64,000 nucleotides of DNA, taken from NCBI GenBank assembly GCA_038874135.1, contig JAVZCZ010000001.1:845957-909956 (forward strand), read 5' to 3'. Below, one piece after another: positions 38,341 to 48,458 of the stretch. Source of the stretch: Candidatus Woesearchaeota archaeon (lineage in GTDB: Archaea > Nanobdellota > Nanobdellia > Woesearchaeales > 0-14-0-80-44-23). The notes under the pieces were generated by a model. The model ran no database searches. It was not told the DNA's origin and saw only the letters and a program-made list of their open reading frames with translations. Position numbers and translations under genes: made by a program. Positions within the stretch are counted from its first letter, which is position 1. Each line of letters opens with the position of its first letter.

Positions 38341-39021
38341 TTACCTCTTGGACCAGAGGTAAAACCCCGTGCCTTCAGGTATTATTATTACTTGCTGGCT
38401 GGGCGGATGCTGTACGCTTCCATCCCTTGAGTCATACCAGCCCCAGATTTCATAACCATCCGCCTGGCCTATCATTGCAATTGAGTTTTTCTCATAGTCC
38501 GATATTTCAGGAAACTTGATATAGACCACAGGATAGTATCTTGTGCCATTCCAGAGTATGTCCCTTTCAGGAGTTGAAGGATCAAAGTCGTGGTTTGGCT
38601 CAAGGTGTGCTCCCGTTATGTAGTTCCAGTCATATTCTGGAGCAAGTTCCTTTCCGTCTTTGCTCTTAATCCAGGAGTGAGAATCTCGTGCGTATACAAC
38701 CTTGTAAGGAGAGCCGTCAGTGGGCTTTTCGTCAATTATCATTTCAAGATTGTGCAACTCTCTCGCTTCTCCAGCTCGCTTTTCAGAAGAATTTAGTGGA
38801 TGTCCAGCAGCGTCTGTTTCAAACTGGGCGTACACCTTTACATAGTCTCTGCTCAGGTTTTTGACCTCGTTTATTTTTAGGGAATAATATTTTTCTGATA
38901 CATCTGTGCTTTTTAGAAACTCTCTAACTTTGTAGTCAATCGAGCCCTGTTTTGCACACCCAGCTGACAATATTGAAATTGCAGTTAATATTCCAAGAAT
39001 AGCTTTTTTTGCAGGTTTCAT
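38341..39021 (-). CDS. Putative lipoprotein
   Basis: Signal peptide with SAGC lipobox. Confidence 0.65.
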   Translation of the reverse strand: MKPAKKAILGILTAISILSAGCAKQGSIDYKVREFLKSTDVSEKYYSLKINEVKNLSRDYVKVYAQFETDAAGHPLNSSEKRAGEARELHNLEMIIDEKPTDGSPYKVVYARDSHSWIKSKDGKELAPEYDWNYITGAHLEPNHDFDPSTPERDILWNGTRYYPVVYIKFPEISDYEKNSIAMIGQADGYEIWGWYDSRDGSVQHPPSQQVIIIPEGTGFYLWSKR

Positions 39022-39282
39022 ACTCTTTCCACCCCGATTATTATAAAATGGATAAAATGGGGTTTGATATATAAAACCTTCCTCTAGCGGAGAAGGCGTG
39101 GTAGAATAAAAAGTAAAATTAAAATTATAAAAAAATAAAACTCCCTTTTGAATTCTAACTAATTACGATAGCCCAATATACTATAAGGGGTACTATAATA
39201 TATTATTTTTCTCAAATTCAATAGTTCAGAAATTAAAAATAACTAATTATAAACCTTTTAATAGTTCAATAAAGTTCAAAAT

Positions 39283-40194
39283 TTATTTTCTAAGCGAAAT
39301 AATGTTTTTTTTGCCTTTTTTTTGTTTTATAACAATTTTTCTTTCTTCTAATTCCGAAATAAGCGTGCTAAGGGTAGATTTGGGAATGTTCATTATGACT
39401 CTGAGAGTACCCTGCTCGCAGCTTCCACCCCTCTGTTTAAGTATGTTTATTATCTGGGCTTCTTCCTCTTTCAGATGCTCTTCTATGTTCTCAACCTTCT
39501 CCACAACCACCTTAGGCCGTTTCTGCCTCTCCCTAAGATAAACCACAATTGAAAATGCTACAAGCACAATAAAACCTGCTGAGAGTGCAATTATCCAAGG
39601 GAACTTTTTCTTTAACAGAATTAGTATTGAAAAGGTGTCATTTGCTTCCATATTCTTCAGATGCCAAATGAAAACCAGGGACTGGCCGTCGCTCTTAACC
39701 TCGGATGGCACAGGATATACTGAACCCGTTTCAAAGGTTTCTCCGCGTACCGGGCTTTGAATGGTATACCCTTCCGGAAGGGAAACTCTAACATCCATGG
39801 CGTCAGTGCTGTAAATTGTCTTGATAGTTACGAAGAATGCCGAGCTCTTTAAAAGCTCTCTGGTAGAATATTTTAGAAGGATTTCCTGTCCAATATTTCT
39901 TATTCTGAGCTTCTTCTCTTTCTCATCAGAGTATATCGGCGTCCTCTGTACGCCGTCAATGCTTACATAAACATCAAAGGCGTCATTAGGAAGGTCTACA
40001 ATTGTATCTAACATTGTACTTTCTGAAAGGTAAAGCTCTGAACTGACAAGCACCTTTCCCTTTTCTATCGTGAAGGAATAATTGGCTGTGGAAACCTCTT
40101 GGGCATGCGCATCTGAAGGAAAAGTAAGAAGTATTAAAACAAGTGCTAAGGGTAGCCATTCAAAAATCATTCGTCTTTTCATTCTCCACCCCAA
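39283..40194 (-). CDS. Membrane-anchored regulator (extracellular beta domain, TM, C-terminal wHTH)
   Basis: Signal peptide, TM helix, then QGTLRVIMNIPKSTLSTLISELEERK. Confidence 0.75.
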   Translation of the reverse strand: MGWRMKRRMIFEWLPLALVLILLTFPSDAHAQEVSTANYSFTIEKGKVLVSSELYLSESTMLDTIVDLPNDAFDVYVSIDGVQRTPIYSDEKEKKLRIRNIGQEILLKYSTRELLKSSAFFVTIKTIYSTDAMDVRVSLPEGYTIQSPVRGETFETGSVYPVPSEVKSDGQSLVFIWHLKNMEANDTFSILILLKKKFPWIIALSAGFIVLVAFSIVVYLRERQKRPKVVVEKVENIEEHLKEEEAQIINILKQRGGSCEQGTLRVIMNIPKSTLSTLISELEERKIVIKQKKGKKNIISLRK

Positions 40195-40241
40195 CCTTCT
40201 GAAAAATGCGGGATGGATTAATAAACTTTTCCGAAAAATCC

Positions 40242-42062
40242 TTACTTTCCGCTTACTGAAGCCAGCCTTATGTCCGTTTTGAGTTCCATAATCCTGTAGA
40301 GGCGCTTCTTCCTTTCAGTGTCTGAGAGTGGCAGGCTCTGGGTTTCCATTTCCAGTCGTTCAGCTATGAAGTTTGCTTCCTGTATGCTTCCAGACCTTGC
40401 CAGGGTGAGTGCTTGGGCAACTGCTGCTTCAAAATCCTCGTTCCGCTGTACTGCCAAAGATGTTTTCCTCTCTGCAAAGCTTATGGGCTGGCCTTCTAGG
40501 GAGATGTCTTCACTGCCAGCTCCCTTTACCAGCTCCTGCTTTACATAGAGCTGGAACCTTTCCTCTTCCAGGCGGTTTTTCTCTTCAACTAGGCGGTATT
40601 GTATGTCCATGAGCTGTGCCTTTTTCTGCTCCAGCTCTGCCTCCTTTGCAGCAAGATTGGCTTCCCTCTCCCTAATCTCGCGCTTCTGCTCTTCCAGGCT
40701 TGGAGCTATTTTTCTGTAACGCTCTTCAGCCCGTCTCAGTTTTTCGTCACTTTCCTTTAATTTTTTTATTAGAAAAGCATATTCCCTTCTTACTGTTGGA
40801 AGCTCTTTTTGTAGTACTTTCAGCTCTTTAGAGTCAAGTTTGAACCTTTCGTAGTCTTTCTTCTTCTTTTCCAGAAGGGCGTCCTGCTCTTTAAGGATTT
40901 CCTCTCTCTTTTTTATGCTTTTTTCCTTCTCGTTCAGCTCAGCTGCCTTTTGTTCCAGCTGTTTCATCTTCTTTTCCAGCATTTCTCGGCTTTTATCTAT
41001 CCTCTTCTGAGCAGATGCCAGCTCCTTAAGCTTTTCTGAAAGCTCCCTACTTTTTGCCCTTACATACTCCTTGTTCTTTAAGAGCTCCTGCACGCTCTCT
41101 CTTATCTCTTCATTCTTGTTGTCTAGCTCTGCACTTAGCCTTTCAATTTCTTCCTTTTCCTTGGCAAATTCTGAGCTCTGAGCAGATGCGCTCATCTGAG
41201 TTGAACTCTGCACGTCAGCTCCCGCTTTTTCTGTTTCAATCTCTTTATTAAATTCTAAAACGGTTGGCTCCTCTTCAGGCGGCGTCTCCTCCAACTTCAG
41301 TTTCTTTTCTTCTTCACTGCTCTTCTTCTTTCTAAAAAGAAATCCTAACCAGCCATCTCCTTCTCGCTTAACTTCCTTCTTAAGCTCAGTAGACGGACTG
41401 ATTTGGTCAGGAGCTTTAATCTCGCTCAAGTTAGTTTCTGTAGAAGAAGATTTAATATCCTCATTTTTGTTCTCCCATTCAGAGTTTTTCCCGGCGGCAG
41501 AGGCAACCTGAGCACTTTTATTCTCCTCTTCGCTCCTTATGTTCTTCCCATAGAGCACTCTTATTGCATCAATCCTGTTCTGAGCCCTTCTGAGCTTTTC
41601 AGCTAGCTCCTTCTTTCCTAAGGCTTGTTCTACCCAGTCCGCAAATTGGTGCCTCTCTGCTATGTGCCTAGCATACATCTCATCGCTCATATACTTTATC
41701 GCATTTATGAGCTCGTCAAGATCAGTAATCCTGTCCCCTGTTTCTATTACCAGAACATATTTTATGCCGTTGGGATGTTCTTTTTTCATATGCCTTTTCA
41801 GTTCAATCTGTTTGTCAAATGATGCATCGCAAAGCTTACACTTAAACTTCTTCTCATCAGACTTCGTATTTGGAGCAGGTTCTGGAGGCGGGGCAAAGAT
41901 GCTCTCATCTTCTTCTGGCTTGGGCGGCTCCTGCTTAGGCTTCTCTTCTTCCTTCTTTCGTATCAGGAAATTAAAGAATAAGCCGTGCTTCTTTGGCTCT
42001 TCCACCTTCTCTTCAGGCAGGGGAGGCAGTTCCAAGTTAGAATCATCCGTGCTATCTGCCAC
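40242..42062 (-). CDS. C2H2 zinc-finger/long coiled-coil protein
   Basis: CKLCDASFDKQIELKRHMKKEH; ~200-aa heptad region; GAGGTGA RBS. Confidence 0.75.
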   Translation of the reverse strand: MADSTDDSNLELPPLPEEKVEEPKKHGLFFNFLIRKKEEEKPKQEPPKPEEDESIFAPPPEPAPNTKSDEKKFKCKLCDASFDKQIELKRHMKKEHPNGIKYVLVIETGDRITDLDELINAIKYMSDEMYARHIAERHQFADWVEQALGKKELAEKLRRAQNRIDAIRVLYGKNIRSEEENKSAQVASAAGKNSEWENKNEDIKSSSTETNLSEIKAPDQISPSTELKKEVKREGDGWLGFLFRKKKSSEEEKKLKLEETPPEEEPTVLEFNKEIETEKAGADVQSSTQMSASAQSSEFAKEKEEIERLSAELDNKNEEIRESVQELLKNKEYVRAKSRELSEKLKELASAQKRIDKSREMLEKKMKQLEQKAAELNEKEKSIKKREEILKEQDALLEKKKKDYERFKLDSKELKVLQKELPTVRREYAFLIKKLKESDEKLRRAEERYRKIAPSLEEQKREIREREANLAAKEAELEQKKAQLMDIQYRLVEEKNRLEEERFQLYVKQELVKGAGSEDISLEGQPISFAERKTSLAVQRNEDFEAAVAQALTLARSGSIQEANFIAERLEMETQSLPLSDTERKKRLYRIMELKTDIRLASVSGK

Positions 42063-42235
42063 AATTTCACCTCTTTTAAACTCTTTTGGCAGAGTTCCCC
42101 TCTTTTTATATAATTTTGTTATTATTTAAAAATGAATACATAACATCTGATGGTGCGAGTGTTTCATCCCTACAAAACCAAAACCTTTTTTAATAGCAGG
42201 TCAAATCCCAATGCCAAAATACAAGGAGGAGTAAA

Positions 42236-42409
42236 ATGGCTGAACAACTCGTTTGCATATCCTGTAAGAAGAGGATAACCAACAAAGCAGGATCTACAAG
42301 GTTCAAATGCCCATCCTGCGGAAAGTACGAAATAATAAGATGTCCAGAGTGTAGAGAGCGCGGCATAAAATACACCTGCCCGGAGTGCGGATTCACAGGT
42401 CCAAACTGA
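42236..42409 (+). CDS. Zn-ribbon RNA-binding protein (DUF1610/HVO_2753-like, 57 aa)
   Basis: Not in the ORF track; MAEQLVCISCKKRI...FKCPSCGK...RCPECR...YTCPECGFTGPN; typical position upstream of EF-1beta. Confidence 0.88.
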   Translation: MAEQLVCISCKKRITNKAGSTRFKCPSCGKYEIIRCPECRERGIKYTCPECGFTGPN

Positions 42410-42419
42410 GTGAGGCAAG

Positions 42420-42695
42420 ATGGCAGTAGTATATGTTACAATAAAGATAATGCCGAACTCTCCCGAAGCAGATCTCTCACTAATAGAAAAGGAGTGCCGT
42501 GACAAGATAGAAAAATATGGAGCGAAAGTGCATTCCATCAACAAGGTGCCCATAGCATTTGGATTAGTTTCTTTAGAGATTGTTCTAATGGTTGATGAAA
42601 AAAGAGGAAGCACTGAAGAGTTGGAAGCAGAACTTTCAAGGATTTCAGGAGTAGAGTCAGTGCAAGTAGTAGATGTTAGACGCGGCATAGGCTAA
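42420..42695 (+). CDS. ef1b: Translation elongation factor 1-beta
   Basis: KIMPNSPEADL...PIAFGL...GVESVQVVDVRR. Confidence 0.93.
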   Translation: MAVVYVTIKIMPNSPEADLSLIEKECRDKIEKYGAKVHSINKVPIAFGLVSLEIVLMVDEKRGSTEELEAELSRISGVESVQVVDVRRGIG

Positions 42696-42719
42696 TTTTA
42701 ACCTATTCCCAATTTTTAA

Positions 42720-42980
42720 CTTCTTATAGATGGATTTTATCGATGGATTTATGAAGTAGGATGCTACCTTAGCAACAACTGAAAGTGTATCCGCTCTGCA
42801 GAAGCACAACTCTCATGTGTTCCTGACTGCAGATGCTCTTTAAAAACTTGCGTTGGAACGACTTGCAGTGACGGGTGCTGGGGTAAATGCCAGGGCACTA
42901 AGTCCTGCACAGAACAACCTTACTGCAAGTATGTGCCTCCAGGATGTGAGTGCGTGGGTGACAATCTGGTTGCCTGCTGA
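42720..42980 (+). pseudogene. Cys-rich surface-protein fragment without start codon
   Basis: Frame reads ...GCYLSNN*KCIRS...CVPDCRCSLKTCVGTTCSDGCWGKCQGTKSC...CECVGDNLVAC*; in-frame TGA at 42780. Confidence 0.5.
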
Positions 42981-43000
42981 GAAGATCTTTTTGTCCTTCT

Positions 43001-44146
43001 TTATTTTTCCAAATTCTTTATTGCTTCTTTAATCATTTCTGGAGAGGCGTCAGTTCTCATGCCTTCGGGGTCAAAGTGCGTTTCCGATGCCTTAAAGCCA
43101 ATCCTTCTAAGTTCTTCTATAATGGCAGATTTCTTAGGCGCTGCTGTCTTAAGCCTGCTGCACAGCTCGGGAATGCTGTAAAAGAATGGAACATTTATCT
43201 CAGCTTCCTTCTTAATTGTTTCAACAATTTCTAAACTCTTCAAATTTTTCAACAATTCCCCATCCCAGATGGCTCCAACATAGAGGGGTCCTATAATTTT
43301 TAGTTCTGAGCCGCACTCGCACCTTTCCTTTGCAGAGTGCTGTTCTGAAACTTCTGTCTTTAAGCATTTTGGGCAGTGGAGCAGTATCTTATGCTCTCTT
43401 ATGATGCTGTCCGCCTTCTTCTTTCCCTTCTCGCATCTTAGGAATGCTCTGAAGTAGTGCAGGTTGTAGTATGAGAATATTGGAACCAGCGCCCTTCCAT
43501 ACTGGGCTGCTACTAGCTGCGCCTTTCTTATTAGGATTCTGAGCCCTGTCTCGTGCATGAATGCATTTCTCAGCGGAGTCGCCCAGTACTTTCTAAGGCA
43601 AGTCTTCTCGTATGTTCCAGAGAGGGGTGCTGTGTCTGTGGCAGTTATTGCAAGGATTCCCCCTCTTGAGATTCTCCTGACTGCAGAGTCTAAGAATGGG
43701 TTTGGGCTTCCAAATGGGTCTATGTCTATGTAGTCAAAGCCTGAGCTCTGGTTGAGCAGCATGTTCGCTTCAGAGTTTATAACAGCTACGCTTCCTTTCA
43801 CCTCTTCGCTCCTCTTCCACTCTTTTAACTCATCATATTGTATGAGGTTGAGTTGCAGGTTCCTCTTTATGAGTTCAAAGGCATCTTCATCAGCATCGTT
43901 AGCATAGATTATCTTAAAAGTTTCAGCTGGAAGCTCCTTCACCATTCTGATAGTTCTCACGCCAGAGGCTGCGAGCAGGTCGCAGGCAGTTATACTTCTA
44001 AGCTTTAGAGCTTTAAGAACTTCTATTGTGACATCCCGGTTAAGCTTCATCGCAGGGTTATAAAACACGCCCATCTGCTTTGAAACTATTTCTGCTCTGG
44101 GCGCATAGAATCTTGCGAGTCCCTCTTCTAAGAGCAATTGGTTCAT
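43001..44146 (-). CDS. trm1: tRNA (guanine-26 N2,N2)-dimethyltransferase
   Basis: VFYNPAMKLNRD, AASGVR, DIDPFGSP and TATD motifs. Confidence 0.95.
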   Translation of the reverse strand: MNQLLLEEGLARFYAPRAEIVSKQMGVFYNPAMKLNRDVTIEVLKALKLRSITACDLLAASGVRTIRMVKELPAETFKIIYANDADEDAFELIKRNLQLNLIQYDELKEWKRSEEVKGSVAVINSEANMLLNQSSGFDYIDIDPFGSPNPFLDSAVRRISRGGILAITATDTAPLSGTYEKTCLRKYWATPLRNAFMHETGLRILIRKAQLVAAQYGRALVPIFSYYNLHYFRAFLRCEKGKKKADSIIREHKILLHCPKCLKTEVSEQHSAKERCECGSELKIIGPLYVGAIWDGELLKNLKSLEIVETIKKEAEINVPFFYSIPELCSRLKTAAPKKSAIIEELRRIGFKASETHFDPEGMRTDASPEMIKEAIKNLEK

Positions 44147-44189
44147 ATAGCGTTATATGCCCCGCCATTTAATAAAGGTTTGCAAGCAA

Positions 44190-45296
44190 TTATGGAAGCC
44201 AGCTCTTCTGGTTGGAGAGCTTCTCAGGAAGGTAGTCCGTAATTACAAAGTTCAGACCGTGCTGTGCCAAGGCCTGCTGCTCTGCCCTCTTTTTCATATC
44301 TACCAGCTGTTTTAATGCCTTCTGCCACTCGGGATACGCCTTTACAAATGGGTCGTTCTTGAATCCGTCTTTAACCCTTTTTATGTCTACTTCTTTCAAC
44401 GGGTGTGTGGGCAGCTTGTATGTTATTATGTCCTGCGGGGTTATTCCCCAAAACTTTGCCTGCGGAACGCAGAAGAACTTGTTTATGTGCGCAGCGTTTC
44501 CACTCCCAACCTTCAGGGTTCTGTATATGTTGAGGTATCCGTACGGATCTCCATCAGTAAATACATAAACTGGGAGCTTCATCTCGTCTGAGAGCCTTCT
44601 TATGAACCTCCTGCACGCCCTAGTTGGCACTCCGCCCATTGAGATCAGTATTGAGTTGGACTTTTTCCAGTAAGCGTGCTTTACAAGTCTCTGGTACATT
44701 CCAGCTGTTTCAATTGCAAGTATGAAGTCCGCCTTAGTTTCAAATTTTAAATGTTCAACGCTGCTCGGTATTGAATACGCTCCTGTTCCCATCTTAGTGC
44801 AGTCAATCTTTATCTCCTTTCCAGTTTCTGGATCCACATCTATGACTGTAAGCTTTCCGGCAACATCTCCTCCTTTCTCCTCCGGAATAAAGCCAAGCTG
44901 CTCCCTGTTAACCATAAACATTGCTTCAATGTCATCCATTATCATGTCTGATTCCGGCTGCTCTGTAAATCTGGCTTCTCCCCAGTTCTTTGAAACATAG
45001 TACGCTTCCCTCTTAGTTGCTATGTCGTCCGTCTCAACAAGGTTTTTGGACAGGGCCAGCATTCTTAATGTTTGAGCAAATGTTTTTGAAGTGTTCACAG
45101 TAAGTGTTCTGGTCTTCTTCTGCTCTCCAATCTCGAAGTAACCATCCTTAGGATTATAAGTTACATTTGAAAGTGCCCTCACAGGCATTGAAAGCTGGGG
45201 CTTATCCCTGCTTATTATCTTCCTATAAAGCTCTTCTGAAAGTGACTTAATGCGTCTGAGCATCTCCTCATTCTTCATCGCTCTCACCCTCTTCAC
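44190..45296 (-). CDS. top6A: DNA topoisomerase VI subunit A (start may be ATG 45278)
   Basis: TKREAYY, TOPRIM AIET...DGDPYG, and KRAEQQAL. Confidence 0.96.
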   Translation of the reverse strand: MKRVRAMKNEEMLRRIKSLSEELYRKIISRDKPQLSMPVRALSNVTYNPKDGYFEIGEQKKTRTLTVNTSKTFAQTLRMLALSKNLVETDDIATKREAYYVSKNWGEARFTEQPESDMIMDDIEAMFMVNREQLGFIPEEKGGDVAGKLTVIDVDPETGKEIKIDCTKMGTGAYSIPSSVEHLKFETKADFILAIETAGMYQRLVKHAYWKKSNSILISMGGVPTRACRRFIRRLSDEMKLPVYVFTDGDPYGYLNIYRTLKVGSGNAAHINKFFCVPQAKFWGITPQDIITYKLPTHPLKEVDIKRVKDGFKNDPFVKAYPEWQKALKQLVDMKKRAEQQALAQHGLNFVITDYLPEKLSNQKSWLP

Positions 45297-47043
45297 GATC
45301 TTGAGATTCTTCTTCTACTCTGCTCTTCCTCTTACGGCTGGAAGGCATCTCCTCCTCATAATCCTCTGTTTCAAGTTCCTCCTCAACATTTCCAGCAATG
45401 CCGAGGCGTTCGCCTTCAATCTCCTCTTCTGATTCCTCATTTAAAGATTCTATGTGCCTGCTCTTTTCAAGTATCTCCTTAATTGCTTCCTCAAGTTCTT
45501 TTTCCTGCTGCTCTGTGAGTTCCAGTATCTCTTTTAGAGCAACTGCTATGTGCGGAAGATACTTCTCTATGTAGGATTTCTTTTTTAGCTCATCATGCAC
45601 TCTATGCTTCTTTCCGATATACCTTGCTAGTTCCCTCCCGCACTCTTGAAGCGCAAGCTTCATCTCCCTTATGATTTCAGGATAGTGGGCTATTGCTTCT
45701 TTTGCTTCACTCGTGAAGGGAGCCCACACTGAAGCCAGGTGTATTGCAATGACTAGCGGACCTATCGGCATAGCCCCCTGACTCTGGGAGAGGCCGTAAG
45801 AACGCCAGTTTGTACTAATAACAGCCTTTGTGGTTGCGCAGGCACCCTGCTGGTACAGAAGTGGAACCCTGTTAGCAAACCTCAAAAGTGTAACTGGCTT
45901 TTCAGCTGGGAGCTGGCCTCCATAGGCGAAGGCGCATTCTATGATGAAGGGGTTTCCCCTGTAAACTGAGGGCGGCCTAGCTGTTGAGGTGTAAAACTCT
46001 GCATTTATCTCCTTTCTGAGGCCATTTTCAAGGTTCTTTGCTCCTATTGGTGAGAGGCAGTCAGTTGGCGGGCTCATTATCTTAGTGTTTCTTATTGCAT
46101 TGAGCAGCTTTTCTGCAGCATTTCTGTCAAGAGAGGATGGCTTCATGCTCGGAAGCAGTGCCGCCCTTTCGCATATCTCTTTTGCAGTGGACGCTCCAAC
46201 CCTGGAAAATTCGTTTGTTAAGAAGCTCTGAAGGGTTCTCTCTTCAGCATTTTTGAGCATCTTCATAAGGTAGCCGAGCTCAACTCCATATGGGTGAGGC
46301 TTTATCTCCTTAGCCGGTGTTGGAAGCTCGTTTACCACGCGTGCGAAAACAAACTGTTCTGCCTTGGGATTTGTATATATTATCGTGGCGTGAGGGTTTA
46401 TTATTGCCGTCTGTTTCAGGTATTCATCCACGGACTGGTCTCCCTTTTGGTAGGATGCCTCAAGGTCAATCTCAACCCTGGTGCCGTGTTCAAACTCGCA
46501 ATCTTCACGCTCTTCCTCTTTTAAAATTTCAGGCGAGTTAGTGCTGGTGTTTATGTGCAGTTCGTAATAATATGCTGGCTTTGAAGCTGATATTCTTGAA
46601 AGTATCCTGGCAGGCTTTCCAGTTGTGAGTTGACCGTAAAGCACCGCTGCTGATATTCCTATTCCCTGCTGGCCCCTTGCTTGTTTTAGAGTGTGAAACT
46701 TGCTTCCGTAGAGCAGTTTAGCGAATATGTTTGGAATCTGTTGCTTTACTATGCCGGGACCATTGTCAGTTACGCTGATTCTAAAGCGCTCTTCTCCCAT
46801 CTCTATTACTTCAACTTTCACTTCAGGTAGTATTCCTGCTTCCTCGCACGCATCCAGGGAGTTATCTACAGCCTCTTTTATGGCTGTAAGGAGTGCCTTC
46901 TTCTTGTTATCAAACCCGAGAAGGTGCCTGTTCTTTTCAAAGAATTCCGCTATTGAGATTTCACGCTGCTTCTTAGCAAGCTCGTATGCAATAATGTCCT
47001 CTTCAGCGTTTTCGCTCGCATTTTTTAATTCCTGTTTTGGCAT
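45268..47043 (-). CDS. top6B: DNA topoisomerase VI subunit B
   Basis: EAVDNSLDA, DNGPGI, RGQQGIG and RFANRVPLLY motifs. Confidence 0.96.
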   Translation of the reverse strand: MPKQELKNASENAEEDIIAYELAKKQREISIAEFFEKNRHLLGFDNKKKALLTAIKEAVDNSLDACEEAGILPEVKVEVIEMGEERFRISVTDNGPGIVKQQIPNIFAKLLYGSKFHTLKQARGQQGIGISAAVLYGQLTTGKPARILSRISASKPAYYYELHINTSTNSPEILKEEEREDCEFEHGTRVEIDLEASYQKGDQSVDEYLKQTAIINPHATIIYTNPKAEQFVFARVVNELPTPAKEIKPHPYGVELGYLMKMLKNAEERTLQSFLTNEFSRVGASTAKEICERAALLPSMKPSSLDRNAAEKLLNAIRNTKIMSPPTDCLSPIGAKNLENGLRKEINAEFYTSTARPPSVYRGNPFIIECAFAYGGQLPAEKPVTLLRFANRVPLLYQQGACATTKAVISTNWRSYGLSQSQGAMPIGPLVIAIHLASVWAPFTSEAKEAIAHYPEIIREMKLALQECGRELARYIGKKHRVHDELKKKSYIEKYLPHIAVALKEILELTEQQEKELEEAIKEILEKSRHIESLNEESEEEIEGERLGIAGNVEEELETEDYEEEMPSSRKRKSRVEEESQDREEGESDEE

Positions 47044-47070
47044 ATTTATCACCAAGATTATGAACTGGTT

Positions 47071-47730
47071 CTAAAAGTCATCACTCAAATCTTCCTGAAA
47101 ATCGTTTTCTCCCACGCCGAACTGCTTTCTTATCTCCTCAGCACGGGAGATCTTCCTCTGTTTTTCCAGCCAACTGTAAACCGTGCTGTGGTTGCTTCCC
47201 AGCAGCAGGGATTCTATGGCTCTCTTAGCCGTTGCTACATCGGATGATTCTCCTATTATTGATATGGTCTTTCCATAAACGCTTATTGAAGTGTCTGTGA
47301 GCTGCTCAATGGTCTTTCGCGCCTTTCCTCCCGCTCCGATGACACGCCCCTTCATCCTGTTTATCTGGCTGGCTGAGGAAGCTGCTCTTCTCAACTCAAT
47401 CACTTCCAGCACATAATCTGGCTTCAGAAGTTCTAAGGCTATTTTTGGATTGAATCCCCTGCCCACTGCCTTTACAATCTCTTTTGCAGTGTAGAGCTTA
47501 ACTGAGTCCTCACTTGAAATTTCAACCTCGCCGTCCCTTGAGTTTATGTTAAAGGAGCAGCCCGTCTCTTCTTCCAGCTGCTTCTTGGTAGAGCCTTCTT
47601 TTCCTATCAAAATTGGAATCCTCTCTAAAGGTATCTTCATTGAGTAGAAGAATTTCTCTTCATCTCGCTCCTTCTCTTTCTCAGTTCCGGCTTCTTCTGT
47701 ATGGCTCATAACACTTGTTCGGATTTGCAA
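47071..47730 (-). CDS. KH-domain rRNA processing protein (Dim2/Pno1)
   Basis: LIGKEG, VGRGF and KGRVIGAGGKAR motifs. Confidence 0.9.
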   Translation of the reverse strand: MQIRTSVMSHTEEAGTEKEKERDEEKFFYSMKIPLERIPILIGKEGSTKKQLEEETGCSFNINSRDGEVEISSEDSVKLYTAKEIVKAVGRGFNPKIALELLKPDYVLEVIELRRAASSASQINRMKGRVIGAGGKARKTIEQLTDTSISVYGKTISIIGESSDVATAKRAIESLLLGSNHSTVYSWLEKQRKISRAEEIRKQFGVGENDFQEDLSDDF

Positions 47731-47759
47731 CTTGCTTTTAAAGTTTCCTATTTGATTTT

Positions 47760-48113
47760 TTATTCAGATCCTCTTTTAGGCGTGCCCTGCTGAAATGCTT
47801 GAACTTTTTTTATTCTTTCCTTCTCAGCCTGTTTTAGATTCTGCACGAAGTACTCTAAACAGTCAATACCGCAGAAGTGCGCTCTCTTTTTAAGATCGGG
47901 CGGCCCGAATATCAGGGTGTAGCTTCTGGAAGTGAGCAGGTTTATCGCATTCCCGCAGGTTGCGCACACTTTTATGTTTTCGCTTTCAATATCTTTTATC
48001 TTTTTCTCCACAAGCTTTTTTAAGTGTATTCCTCCCTGCTCTAAATCTGCCTTCATCTTGTACAGGTCTTCATAATTTACTTCTTCTATGAGCTCTCTTA
48101 GTTTCTTCTGCAT
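47760..48113 (-). CDS. Hypothetical Zn-binding (TRASH-like) protein
   Basis: CATC...FCGIDC. Confidence 0.7.
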   Translation of the reverse strand: MQKKLRELIEEVNYEDLYKMKADLEQGGIHLKKLVEKKIKDIESENIKVCATCGNAINLLTSRSYTLIFGPPDLKKRAHFCGIDCLEYFVQNLKQAEKERIKKVQAFQQGTPKRGSE

Positions 48114-48333
48114 TTTTGTTCAGCTCCCCATCTGCCTCTTTTTTTATAGAAGCCCTTGCAGCTTCTTTTCTCTCTTCAAAGCGTATGAACCACCTGCCGC
48201 TCTCCTTCTCCATCTCAAAAACTACATTGTACTTCTTATCGGGATCAAGTCCGAAGAGGAGTGGCATCGGTATTGTCGTTTCAAAACTGCTTCCCCTCCT
48301 GTAAAGTTTGCGTTTCAGCGGCAGCATATCCAT
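48070..48333 (-). CDS. AbrB/MazE-like small DNA-binding protein
   Basis: RKLYRRGSSFETTIP swapped-hairpin-like N-terminus. Confidence 0.55.
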   Translation of the reverse strand: MDMLPLKRKLYRRGSSFETTIPMPLLFGLDPDKKYNVVFEMEKESGRWFIRFEERKEAARASIKKEADGELNKNAEETKRAHRRSKL

Positions 48334-48458
48334 CCCGAAAAATAAAAATACTTATTTTTTTATTATTTTTTTTATTATAATAAAAATTATTTTTATTACT
48401 TAAAAATATACTTATATAAAAATTTTGTGGTGTTTCAGCTTTTCTTGCCAATTCTCAT

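Noticed and set aside
42780-42782. In-frame TGA as selenocysteine or recoded stop
   Set aside because: No start codon or SECIS is evident, and TGA terminates many ordinary genes in this window.
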